This document shows, piece after piece, positions 29,715-39,140 of a DNA stretch of 64,000 nucleotides; position 1 is the first letter of the stretch, and each line of letters begins with the position of its first letter. Source of the DNA: an uncultured Rhodobacteraceae bacterium (GTDB lineage: Bacteria > Pseudomonadota > Alphaproteobacteria > Rhodobacterales > Rhodobacteraceae); NCBI GenBank assembly GCA_943787605.1, contig CALSNB010000001.1, positions 81,404 to 145,403 on the forward strand, in the 5' to 3' direction. Under the pieces are notes generated by a model. That model had not been told where the DNA came from, searched no databases, and saw nothing but the letters and a program-made list of their open reading frames with translations. The position numbers and the translations under genes were made by a program.

Positions 29715-30727
29715 ATGCTCCATCCTTTCGGAACTTTTGCTGATCCTCGAATAATTAATGGACTAGATATTTTTATATGTTTTGAGGTAACTTTAGGATC
29801 ACGAATTTTTTCTAACATTAAACGCACAGTTTGGTCTACCATCAAATTCGATCTCTGCCGTAGAGTCGTTAAGTTGTAAGCGGCCCATGATGCTGGTGGA
29901 ACATCATCATACCCAATAACACTTACATCATTTGGAATACTTAGGGCTAGCTCTGAACGTAGAACATCCATCACAGAGAACGCCATATGATCGGTCGCTA
30001 CAAATATTGCATCTGGCTTTGTCGGTCCAACAAACATTTCACGAGTAACTCGTTTAGCAGTGTCTGTTGAAAAGTTACCTAAGGCATGTGAAAAGAGACT
30101 TATGCCTGCCTTTTTTAAACCAGCACGAAAACCGGCTTCTCGATCACGTTGAGTGGAAGCTCCTGCCCAACCACCGATATAGGAAATACGTTCGTGTTTT
30201 GCTTCGCACAAAAACCTTGCCGCAGTCTCCCCACCTAGAAAATTATCTGATGTTACGGCACTATGAGAAACTCTGTCTTGAGTACGGTTAAATAACACAA
30301 CAGGGACACCTGCCATCTCACAACGCGCCGTTATATCATTTGAAATACCAACACTTGCAGTTATAATCCCATCAACTTGGTAGTCGAGAAGTTCTTCAAT
30401 TACTTGTTCTGTGGATTGATCATCATTTGATGCCATGAAAACTAGGACATGATAACCTTGCGCTTTGAGAGAGTTAGATAATTTTTCGAGGGCTGCTGGA
30501 TAGAAATAATTGTCTAGATAAGCAACAACAAGCCCGATTATACGACTTTTCCCAGTGATCAGAGAACGCGCAAGAACATTTGGCCGATAGCCCAACTCTT
30601 GGGCAGCTTCTCGAACTTTTAAGACGGTTTTATTGCTTGCTGAGGCACCAGGAGTAAAAACTCTACTCACAGCTGACTGGCTTACACCGGCGCGTTTTGC
30701 GACTTTTAGAGCTGTAACTTTATTCAT
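29711..30727 (-). CDS. LacI-family transcriptional regulator
   Basis: N-terminal helix-turn-helix VTALKVAKRAGVSQSAVSRVF, followed by a periplasmic-binding-protein-like sugar-binding core of 338 aa. Confidence 0.9.
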   Translation of the reverse strand: MNKVTALKVAKRAGVSQSAVSRVFTPGASASNKTVLKVREAAQELGYRPNVLARSLITGKSRIIGLVVAYLDNYFYPAALEKLSNSLKAQGYHVLVFMASNDDQSTEQVIEELLDYQVDGIITASVGISNDITARCEMAGVPVVLFNRTQDRVSHSAVTSDNFLGGETAARFLCEAKHERISYIGGWAGASTQRDREAGFRAGLKKAGISLFSHALGNFSTDTAKRVTREMFVGPTKPDAIFVATDHMAFSVMDVLRSELALSIPNDVSVIGYDDVPPASWAAYNLTTLRQRSNLMVDQTVRLMLEKIRDPKVTSKHIKISSPLIIRGSAKVPKGWSI

Positions 30728-30742
30728 TGATCTGTAGTCCTG

Positions 30743-31790
30743 TCATGATGCTACCTCACTCATGATTGGAATAGAGCCAGTTGCTCGTGCTTTATTAAAA
30801 GTCCGCATTCTTCCAAGGACATCTACTCCCAATTGCCGATATACATCTAATAAATCTACCAATACCCAGTTCTCACGAATTTGACCGCGCTCAATACGCC
30901 AAAAATCTAGACTTCGCAGTGTTATCATACGGCCACTCGGTGCGATACCCATCCATCCATCGTCACTAAGGGTTTGCTTCATATTCGGCCAACCAGTAAC
31001 AGCTACATAAGGCCCATCTGCAAAAAAATGATAGGTTAACTCATCTCGGAAACTACCACGATCTGGCATTCCCATGAGAAACGGCATTTGATGCCAATTG
31101 CGAAAGCCCGAGATGCCACGAGCCTGTGCCGATCCCAGCGGGTCCATACCAGTTCATTTTTGGATGCCAATAGCGAGGCATTTCCATTGCTTCCTGAGGT
31201 TCTTCAGGATGCTTACTCATAGCTGTTAGCATGTCAATCACAAGTGTTTTAGACTTAGTTGATACATCGTGTTGATAATCCCCTGTCTGCAACCCATCAC
31301 ATGTTGCAGGCCCTGGTATTAAGCCTTCTCGGCCAAGACTTGGGGCCATTGGCCAAGCACCTGCTTGCATCATCAGCTCAGGGATATCCCAAATTGCCTG
31401 TATTTCAATAATTTTTTCATTTTTAATTTTGTAATACTCGTGGAACCTCATATGGGCTAAATGGCCTGTGGGTTGAATGTCAAGGAAAGGCTTAACGAAA
31501 GTTCCAATATAAGTACCTGCAATCCCAACCCAATCATCCCCATGATCATCAGTTCCTGCCATTATGATCCAAGGTCGTTTTTCAACATCTGGTAATGAAA
31601 AGTGCAATTTCGCTAGAACGGATTCATAATATTGATCGCCTGGCATATCTCCAAATGGATGACACATATGGACAACCATATCTTTTGCCATGATGGCATT
31701 TAGCTCTTTGCGTACACCTTCCTCTGACCAGTTATACATTGCAGCGTTCAATCCTGCAGTAAGGGTCCGAAGGTCGGATAAATCCGTCAT
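30743..31790 (-). pseudogene. tandem SnoaL/NTF2-fold protein, type B, frameshifted
   Basis: Track ORFs 31053-31790 and 30743-31147 together are collinear with the intact 333-aa paralog 38139-39140. The reading frame switches right after ...NWYGPAGIG, near 31120-31127. Confidence 0.7.
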
Positions 31791-33115
31791 TTGATAGTTT
31801 CCTTATGAGGTGCTGACCCACCATATGGAATATTTACGCCACCATAGCGACGCACCCGCAGATTACATTGTTCTGCATGCCCCACAAATCCTTCTAGAAG
31901 GCATAACCGAGAGCCATAAGCTCCAATTTCAGCAGCGGCCTTATCAGTCGTAATTTTCTGGTAACTATGGGTTTTGAGAAATTTCCCTACCCAGAGTCCA
32001 CCAGTATATCGTCCAGCCTTTTTTGTTGGCAACGTATGGTTTGTGCCGATAACTTTATCACCATTGGAAACATTCGTCCGTGCACCTAGAAATAATGCCC
32101 CGTAACAAGTCATGTGCTCTAAAAACCAATCATCCCGATCAGTCATTACTTGGACGTGCTCTGACGCGATATCATCAGCAATCCTTAGCATTTCTTCATA
32201 GGTATCACAGAGGATCACTTCGCCATAATCCTCCCAAGATTTTCCGGCAGTGTCAGCTGTAGGGATAATTTTTAAAAGGCGATTAATTTCCACGATAGTA
32301 GCATTTGCCAATTTCTCTGAGTTGGTAACTAGTACGGCAGGTGAGTTGTAGCCATGTTCTGCTTGCCCCAGAAGATCAGTAGCACATAGTTCAGCATCAA
32401 CCGTATCATCAGCAATTACCATAGTTTCTGTTGGGCCAGCGAATAAATCAATGCCAACGCGACCAAATAATTGACGTTTTGCCTCAGCCACAAAAGCATT
32501 ACCAGGACCGACGAGCATGTGTACAGGTTCAATTGTTTCAGTCCCAATTGCCATTGCACCAACAGCTTGAATGCCACCCATTACATAAATTTCATGCGCA
32601 CCCCCAAGATGCATTGCAGTTATAGCTGCAGGGTTTGGTTTGCCGTTGAAAGGAGGAGTACAAGCAATAATCCTCGGTACACCTGCAACAGAAGCTGTTA
32701 ATACAGACATATGCGCTGAAGCAACCATTGGGAATTTTCCGCCTGGCACATAACAACCAACTGATTGTACGGGAATATTTTTATGACCCAAAATAACACC
32801 TGGCAGCGTTTCGATTTCAATATCTAGCATACTTTCTCGTTGGGCTTGCGCAAAGTTTCGTACCTGCTCTTGTGCAAATTTTATATCAGCTAGCTCTCGG
32901 TCAGAAAGTGTTGCCATAAGATCTAAAATTTCTTGATTGGTAAGTTTAAAGTTTTGAGGGTTATAACTGTCAAATTTGACAGAAAGATCCCGCACCGCTC
33001 TGTCACCTCGTGTTTCTATATCTAATAATATCTCTTCAACAATAGATTTTGTCTTGGCATCATCTTGTGCACGTTCTTCGTCTGGTTTTCCACGCTTCAA
33101 GTAGGTTATAGCCAT
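31787..33115 (-). CDS. histidinol-dehydrogenase-family NAD-dependent (amino)alcohol dehydrogenase
   Basis: 442 aa with [13 protein letters not shown] and GTNHTLPT motifs of the HisD fold. It sits in a catabolic operon rather than a his operon. Confidence 0.85.
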   Translation of the reverse strand: MAITYLKRGKPDEERAQDDAKTKSIVEEILLDIETRGDRAVRDLSVKFDSYNPQNFKLTNQEILDLMATLSDRELADIKFAQEQVRNFAQAQRESMLDIEIETLPGVILGHKNIPVQSVGCYVPGGKFPMVASAHMSVLTASVAGVPRIIACTPPFNGKPNPAAITAMHLGGAHEIYVMGGIQAVGAMAIGTETIEPVHMLVGPGNAFVAEAKRQLFGRVGIDLFAGPTETMVIADDTVDAELCATDLLGQAEHGYNSPAVLVTNSEKLANATIVEINRLLKIIPTADTAGKSWEDYGEVILCDTYEEMLRIADDIASEHVQVMTDRDDWFLEHMTCYGALFLGARTNVSNGDKVIGTNHTLPTKKAGRYTGGLWVGKFLKTHSYQKITTDKAAAEIGAYGSRLCLLEGFVGHAEQCNLRVRRYGGVNIPYGGSAPHKETIK

Positions 33116-33648
33116 TACTCTCTCCTAATTTTAGATGATATTTTTTCTTTTGAGTCAAACGCTTCCCAGCCGTGACCATTGAAGACATCTACGCCGAGTT
33201 GCATGAGTACATGGGGAAAATCCACCATTACCCAATTATCAATAATTTTTCCATTTTCTACTTTCCAAAAATCCATGTATCGGATTTGAATTTTTTTATT
33301 GGTAGGTTTTACACCCATAAAAACACCACTATGAATAGCTTCTTGTCTTCCAAAAGCGGCGGCCCATTCACCCATATAGAGCCGTGCCTCATCAATACAA
33401 ACTTTTTCTGAAAACGCTGCTTGAAATGGCTTTTGCCAGTTGTCCTGAAATGCCCGTATTCCATCTTTTGTGCCACAACCCGTGTTACCCATCCAACGGA
33501 AACTTTCATTAAAAAACTCGCCAATATCAACAATTCGGTGATCATTCAGGCCGTCAACCATATTTTCGATTACCGCGCGTGTCTCCTCTGTTTTTGACAT
33601 ATCCGTATCTTTACTCAGATATGCTTGCTCTGGTCTTGCTCCACTCAT
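33115..33648 (-). CDS. single-domain SnoaL-like (ester cyclase-like) protein
   Basis: NTF2-like pattern with [19 protein letters not shown]. An ATGA overlap with the upstream permease stop supports the start at 33648; an alternative ATG lies at 33600. Confidence 0.7.
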   Translation of the reverse strand: MSGARPEQAYLSKDTDMSKTEETRAVIENMVDGLNDHRIVDIGEFFNESFRWMGNTGCGTKDGIRAFQDNWQKPFQAAFSEKVCIDEARLYMGEWAAAFGRQEAIHSGVFMGVKPTNKKIQIRYMDFWKVENGKIIDNWVMVDFPHVLMQLGVDVFNGHGWEAFDSKEKISSKIRRE

Positions 33649-34526
33649 CCTTTTACTGCTCCTGCTGTAAGACCGCTTACAATCTGACGTTGAAAAAACA
33701 TTACTAAAATAAATAATGGTGCAGTTGCAGAGACTACTGCCGCGACAGCGAACATAACATTACCTTCAACTTGTGTGGTGCCTAAAAAGCTAGCAATTTT
33801 TGGAACCATTGTTTGATTACTATTGTTCAACAATGTAGCTGTTACGGTGAAATCATTATAAGCAAGTAAAAATGAAAATAGCCCTGTAGTAATTACACCT
33901 GGCCACATTACTGGCACGATAACGCGTCTAAATGCTTGAAATCTAGTGCACCCATCAACCATTGCACTCTCATCTAGATCTTTAGGAATATTAAGAAAGA
34001 AACTATGCAACATCCATAATGTAAACGGTTGATTGATGGCAACCATAACGATTATGGCAGTTGGTAAATGCCCCCATAGGTTCCATTCGAAAAAAGGTAG
34101 TAAGTAACCTGATACTAACGTAATGTGTGGCATTGCTCGAAATACTAAGGCTAACATCAAAAGGTAGAACGCGTATTTCTTGCCTGAGCGGGCCAATGCA
34201 TAGCCGCCCAGAGTCCCTAATGTGAGTGATATTATGACTACTGAAACCACAACAATCATGGTATTTAATGCCGCTTGCCAAAAAGACTTAGTAATCCAAG
34301 CACCATGATAACCATCACCTGTAAAGGATGAACCAGTTTCGATTTGAGTGCGTAACCCACTTATTGCATATGCCCAGTCTGCCTTTGAGAAGAAGTCGCC
34401 TTGGACTTTAAAGGAGCCCCACATAGTCCACAAAAAGGGGAAACCCGCCAGCATAATCCAAAACAAAACAAAAACCCAAATTAGAGCAGTAAACGATTTT
34501 GAACGTCGGTGAATAAGCTCAGACAT
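33645..34526 (-). CDS. ABC transporter permease (CUT1 family, MalG-like)
   Basis: 293 aa with six TM helices and an EAA-loop-like DESAMVDGCTRFQAFRRVIVP. Confidence 0.85.
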   Translation of the reverse strand: MSELIHRRSKSFTALIWVFVLFWIMLAGFPFLWTMWGSFKVQGDFFSKADWAYAISGLRTQIETGSSFTGDGYHGAWITKSFWQAALNTMIVVVSVVIISLTLGTLGGYALARSGKKYAFYLLMLALVFRAMPHITLVSGYLLPFFEWNLWGHLPTAIIVMVAINQPFTLWMLHSFFLNIPKDLDESAMVDGCTRFQAFRRVIVPVMWPGVITTGLFSFLLAYNDFTVTATLLNNSNQTMVPKIASFLGTTQVEGNVMFAVAAVVSATAPLFILVMFFQRQIVSGLTAGAVKG

Positions 34527-35557
34527 TAGACAGCTTTCCTATTAAAATCATTCCACGTTCTAATTAGAACTGGGATAAGTAAAACTGCGACGCCCAAGAT
34601 TGTTAACACTGATGTAGCACCAGCAGACCCAAAGAACGTACCTTCTCCACCAGCTAGATCATTGTAAATAATCCATGAAAGGGAAGTTGCGCTAGCTTGA
34701 GCAGAGAATCCAACAATAGGTTCAAAAACTCTAAAATTATCCATTAATTGAATTAAAGAAATAAAAACTATAAGCGGCACTAGGTGTGGTAAAACGACAT
34801 AGCGGGTGCGTTCCCAACGTGAAGCACCATCTATCATTGCTGCTTCAATTGTTTCGGACGGAACAGTTTGCAGGCCTGCGTAAAAGACAATGAAAGCAAA
34901 GGGCGCAGAATGCCAAACACCGTAAATAATTAACATTATCCAAGTTAAAGCTGGTGAGGCTTTCAAAGATAAATTTGGATCATCAAGAAGCCACTGTAAG
35001 CTAGCTCCAAGAATACCTTTAGAGTCAATCATCCAAAATAAAATTAAAGATCCAATTAATGGTGTTACGATCATAGGTAAAAGTGAAACAAAAATAGTGG
35101 GACCCTTTAGTTTTTTTGGTAAACTATTCACACCAAGAGCGATAAAGAAACCGAGCAGTAGAACTAGAGGCGTTACTATAAACGTATAAGTGAGGGTAAA
35201 AGCGAGAGCACGATAAAAAGGTAAGTTGTAGACTTTACTAAAATAAATACTCCAATTAGCACTGTCATTCCAAGCAGACTTTAATTCAGTGACGGCAAGA
35301 TGATTGCGGTTTGTGTATGTGCCAAAGCCGTTGAACTTACCTAAAGGTTTCTCTTCCTTTAATTGTGAAGTTGCGGCAACATCAATTTGTACTTCGTCTT
35401 TACATCCAAAGGGCCCACAGCTTTTCACTTCCTTTAGTACTGCGCCGTGCTCAATATATAATGATTGAATGAACACAGAACCGATTGGTAGTGCAATAAA
35501 AAGTACCATCGCCACAAGTGACGGAAGAATAAACCAAAAGAAGGTACGGTTTTTCAT
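34526..35557 (-). CDS. ABC transporter permease (CUT1 family, MalF-like)
   Basis: 343 aa with an EAA loop EAAMIDGASRWERTRYVVLP. Its stop overlaps the next start by 1 nt (TAATG). Confidence 0.85.
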   Translation of the reverse strand: MKNRTFFWFILPSLVAMVLFIALPIGSVFIQSLYIEHGAVLKEVKSCGPFGCKDEVQIDVAATSQLKEEKPLGKFNGFGTYTNRNHLAVTELKSAWNDSANWSIYFSKVYNLPFYRALAFTLTYTFIVTPLVLLLGFFIALGVNSLPKKLKGPTIFVSLLPMIVTPLIGSLILFWMIDSKGILGASLQWLLDDPNLSLKASPALTWIMLIIYGVWHSAPFAFIVFYAGLQTVPSETIEAAMIDGASRWERTRYVVLPHLVPLIVFISLIQLMDNFRVFEPIVGFSAQASATSLSWIIYNDLAGGEGTFFGSAGATSVLTILGVAVLLIPVLIRTWNDFNRKAV

Positions 35558-35586
35558 TTTTAATGCCTATTAAAGATTCTTATTTA

Positions 35587-35608
35587 GGGAAGGGGTGTCC
35601 CCCTTCCC
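35587..35608 (-). other. GC-rich intercistronic hairpin between the binding-protein and permease genes
   Basis: gggaagggg (35587-35595) pairs with ccccttccc (35600-35608) around a 4-nt loop. No U-run follows on the transcribed strand, so it is more likely an mRNA stabiliser than a terminator. Confidence 0.4.
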
Positions 35609-35618
35609 CATAGGTATC

Positions 35619-36854
35619 TTATTTTAAGAAACCTTTTTCTGTAGCTGCAGCAGTATACGCAGCCTCGACATCTGATAAAGCCTGTTCAGCACTTTCAGAT
35701 CCCTGCAAGAAGTCTGAGATTTCAGAACCTAGTGCGGAGTGTAATGTACCCATGAATGGTAACATTGGATATGGTGCAGCTCCACCGGCTGCTGTGGCAG
35801 AAACACCAGCAGATGCTTTACTTGGTGTATAACCTTTGCCCAACCAAACAGCAGCAGCATTATTTGCTGCTATTACTTCAGGTGAAATACCATGCATTAA
35901 AGCTACAAATGTTGCCTCTGCATCCTCGTCGGATATGTTTGCTGAAATAGATATACCATCCCACCAAAGAGTTGACGCTGGACGTGATTTTCCACCCCAG
36001 GTTGGTGCGCTAGAAAGAACAGTTGATGACTCTACAGCCTCACTTGAACCTTCACCATCCATCACTGCTCCACCACGGGAACCCCACATTGTAGCTAGTG
36101 CTAGATTACCTGCTTCCCATTCTGCTTGTGTAGCATTTGAGTCGAAGGTCATGAAATCTGGATGAGAGTATGCAACTAATGATTTTAGCATGTTTAGTGT
36201 TGCAACACCGTGTGCATTATTTACAGCAACTTCTGCAGTTCCGGGTTTAAAGAAATCACCGCCAGTACCCATGTACATATTGACAAATTCTTCTCCAAGG
36301 TTCCAACCAGCTTTTGTATTTAAAGCTACAGGATAATCCATCAAACCAGCAGATCTGATTGCTTTTGCTGCAGCTAGAACGTCTTCATAGGTTGCAGGAA
36401 TACTGCTTACGCCTGCTTTTTCTAGGATGTCAGACCGAGAAAATAAATGCTGCGCGTTTGCCATAAATGCAACAGCCATAATTTTACCGTCTACTGTAAC
36501 CATTTGGCTTGGATTTAAGCCTCCACCATGCTTTGCAACCAAGTCATCCAAAGAACGTACTAGACCGTCGTTCATAAGGGTTACTAATGTAGAGTTACTA
36601 GTAATTACTGAGGTATACTCAGCTGGGTTAGCTGTAAGAGCCGCTACCATAATATCTTTGTGATCTTTAGTGAGGTTTGTTTTTACCGTTACACCGTCGC
36701 CAGCACAAGTACTTGCTCCAGCTGTCACAGCTTGGATTGCTGGAAAGTCATTTGAAAGAACATTGACGTTACCAGAAGAAATTCCACACCCCGCCATTGC
36801 TGTATTACCTAGCATGATGAATGCTCCGGCTAACATTACTTTTTTTAGAAACAT
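35619..36854 (-). CDS. ABC transporter extracellular solute-binding protein (family 1, carbohydrate/polyol type)
   Basis: ATG 36854 has AAGGAG upstream and gives MFLKKVMLAGAFIMLGNTAMAGC (signal or lipoprotein-like). About 410 aa. The track ORF extends to 36914. Confidence 0.85.
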   Translation of the reverse strand: MFLKKVMLAGAFIMLGNTAMAGCGISSGNVNVLSNDFPAIQAVTAGASTCAGDGVTVKTNLTKDHKDIMVAALTANPAEYTSVITSNSTLVTLMNDGLVRSLDDLVAKHGGGLNPSQMVTVDGKIMAVAFMANAQHLFSRSDILEKAGVSSIPATYEDVLAAAKAIRSAGLMDYPVALNTKAGWNLGEEFVNMYMGTGGDFFKPGTAEVAVNNAHGVATLNMLKSLVAYSHPDFMTFDSNATQAEWEAGNLALATMWGSRGGAVMDGEGSSEAVESSTVLSSAPTWGGKSRPASTLWWDGISISANISDEDAEATFVALMHGISPEVIAANNAAAVWLGKGYTPSKASAGVSATAAGGAAPYPMLPFMGTLHSALGSEISDFLQGSESAEQALSDVEAAYTAAATEKGFLK

Positions 36855-36936
36855 CTTTTTCTCCTTGTTATCATGGGAAATGACCAAAATGACCATTTCT
36901 CCGTTAATCCCCATTATGGGGGTCGTCTAAAGGGGA

Positions 36937-37986
36937 TTAATCCCCAATTCGCGCACCTGTTTTGGTGTCAAACAAATGGCAAATCTCTTTGGGTACTGAA
37001 ATGTGAACCATGTCACCAATTTTTACCCGATAATCTTTGTGAGCCTTGATAGAAACAAGTTCATCATTAACACGTACTGTAATCATTGTGGCGTCACCTA
37101 ATAATTCCATTGTGTAGACTGCGGCGTGGATATCACCGCCCTCAGTCACGGTGCTTGCATCTTCAGCACGGAATCCCAATTGAGCAGGCTGATTTTGAGC
37201 ATTAAGCCCTTCGACTTTTAGGTCGCCGCCTGTAAAGGTATTATTAAATAAATCTCCACTCACTAAGTTCATGGCAGGTGCTCCAATGAAGCTTGCTACA
37301 AATGCGTTTGCTGGTCGATCATAAATTTCAGTTGGGCTACCAACCTGTTGCACAATCCCATCTTTCATAACCACTACGCGGTCGGCAAGGGTCATAGCTT
37401 CGATCTGATCATGGGTCACATATATTGTTGTGACTTTCAGTTCATGACTAAGATTTTTAATTTGAGCCCTTGTGGATACGCGAAGCTTAGCATCTAAATT
37501 TGAAAGAGGTTCATCCATTAAAAAGACGTTAGGTTCGCGAACGATAGCACGTGCAAGCGCAACACGTTGTCTTTGACCTCCTGAAAGTTCAGCAGGTTTT
37601 CTATGTAAAAAATCATCTAACTCAACCATAGCAGAAGCTCTCATTACACGTTCTTTATGTTCAGACTCAGGAATTTTTCTTACTTTTAGTGGAAATCGAA
37701 TATTCTCATAAACATTCATATTTGGATAAAGGGCGTAAGATTGGAAAACCATTGAGACATTTCGATCTTTGGGGTCGAGATCATTTACTCGCACATTATC
37801 AATAATAATATCTCCACCAGATACCTCTTCAAGTCCAGCAATCATACGCATAGTGGTTGTCTTCCCACAACCAGACGGCCCTAAAAGTACAAGAAACTCT
37901 TCATCTGCAATTGTTAGGTTTAAGTTTTCTACTCCTACGAATGAACCCCATCGTTTAGATAAGTTTCGAAGTTTGATTTCAGCCAT
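36937..37986 (-). CDS. ABC transporter ATP-binding protein (MalK/UgpC type)
   Basis: Walker A GPSGCGKTT, signature LSGGQRQR, Walker B FLMDEPLSNLD, and a C-terminal regulatory TOBE-like domain. ATG at 37986; the track start at 37995 is GTG. Confidence 0.9.
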   Translation of the reverse strand: MAEIKLRNLSKRWGSFVGVENLNLTIADEEFLVLLGPSGCGKTTTMRMIAGLEEVSGGDIIIDNVRVNDLDPKDRNVSMVFQSYALYPNMNVYENIRFPLKVRKIPESEHKERVMRASAMVELDDFLHRKPAELSGGQRQRVALARAIVREPNVFLMDEPLSNLDAKLRVSTRAQIKNLSHELKVTTIYVTHDQIEAMTLADRVVVMKDGIVQQVGSPTEIYDRPANAFVASFIGAPAMNLVSGDLFNNTFTGGDLKVEGLNAQNQPAQLGFRAEDASTVTEGGDIHAAVYTMELLGDATMITVRVNDELVSIKAHKDYRVKIGDMVHISVPKEICHLFDTKTGARIGD

Positions 37987-38016
37987 TGGTGGCACCTAAA
38001 CAAAAATATTTCAAGA

Positions 38017-38032
38017 TTGCATACGTTTGCAA
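38017..38032. promoter_or_regulatory. candidate LacI-family operator TTGCATACGTTTGCAA
   Basis: 16-bp palindrome with 14/16 symmetric positions and a central CG, lying in the 152-nt divergent intergenic region between the ABC operon and 38139. It fits the general TG-N-AA-N-CG-N-TT-N-CA architecture. Confidence 0.45.
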
Positions 38033-38138
38033 AAAGACTACTATAAGGTCAAGCATTTACTGTTCTTTACATAAAAATGAGTTCATTTTGATTAAAAAAT
38101 AGGTGTAATGTAGTAATTTATGGTAAAGGAAATGTTAA

Positions 38139-39140
38139 TTGACAGACTTCAGAAACGAAAAACGCCTTGTTAGAAATTACTACGAAGCACTTGATTCTTC
38201 GGAAATTGATAAAATCACAGATGTTTTAGTTGAGTTTACTGCGCAAAATTATACATGGCGTGCTTTTCACCCTTTTAATCTACAAACAGACGCAAAGGTT
38301 GTTAGTGAGATTTTCTGGCAACCTTTTCGAAAATCTATTCGACATATGCAACGTCGCATGGATATATTTTTTGCTGGAAAAAACTTTATAGATGATGGGA
38401 CGTCGGTTTGGGTGTGTTCAATGGGGCATTTAATGGGATTGTTTGATGAGCCGTGGATTGGAATAAAACCGACAGAAAAAATTATTATGTTCCGTTATGC
38501 CGAGTTTCACAAAATTGAGAATGGTAAAATTTCTGAAACAGCGTTCTATTTTGATATTCCACATCTTATGATCCAAGCTGGGTATCACCCTTTTAAAGAT
38601 CCAACGGCCATGCATTTGGTGCAACCGGGTCCTGCCACTCATGATGCCTTATTATATAATGATGCTCCTGAGGCTGAAGGAAAGAAAACAATGGATGTTA
38701 TGCATGCAATGATTAATGATCTAGGTACATGGCAATTGGGGCTCCCATTAGAGGAAGAGCTCGCAAGAACTTGGCATGATGATATGACCTGGTGGGGGCC
38801 AGCGGGCATTGGCGCTACCTATACAATTGAGCGGTATGCTAAACAGCATTCGGGCCCTTTTCGTGCTGCGTTTAGTGATCGGTCTGGGACGGGACACATT
38901 GCCCGTATAGCTGAAGGACACTATTCTGGTTTTTTTGGTTGGCCTAACTTTATAGCAAAGCCTACAGGTGGTTTTATGGGGCTCTCTCCAAGTGAAAAAC
39001 TTTGTGAGTTCCGTGTTATTGATATCTATCGACGTGAAGGCAACAAACTAAAGGAGAATTGGGTATTTATTGATATACTTCACTTTTTTAAACAACAAAA
39101 TATTGATATTTTAGATAATATTGAGGCTTATTTAAAATGA
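38139..39140 (+). CDS. tandem SnoaL/NTF2-fold protein, type B, intact copy
   Basis: TTG start with AAGGAAA 8 nt upstream. It begins MTD like its paralog and has two NTF2-like halves (FHKIENGKISE..., IDIYRREGNKLKENWVFID). Confidence 0.7.
   Translation: MTDFRNEKRLVRNYYEALDSSEIDKITDVLVEFTAQNYTWRAFHPFNLQTDAKVVSEIFWQPFRKSIRHMQRRMDIFFAGKNFIDDGTSVWVCSMGHLMGLFDEPWIGIKPTEKIIMFRYAEFHKIENGKISETAFYFDIPHLMIQAGYHPFKDPTAMHLVQPGPATHDALLYNDAPEAEGKKTMDVMHAMINDLGTWQLGLPLEEELARTWHDDMTWWGPAGIGATYTIERYAKQHSGPFRAAFSDRSGTGHIARIAEGHYSGFFGWPNFIAKPTGGFMGLSPSEKLCEFRVIDIYRREGNKLKENWVFIDILHFFKQQNIDILDNIEAYLK

Noticed and set aside
35756-36930. Several + strand ORFs (35756-35950, 35836-36165, 36427-36663, 36670-36930) inside the binding-protein gene
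   Set aside because: They are shadow ORFs antisense to a clear solute-binding-protein gene, with low-complexity Ala/Ser/Pro composition.
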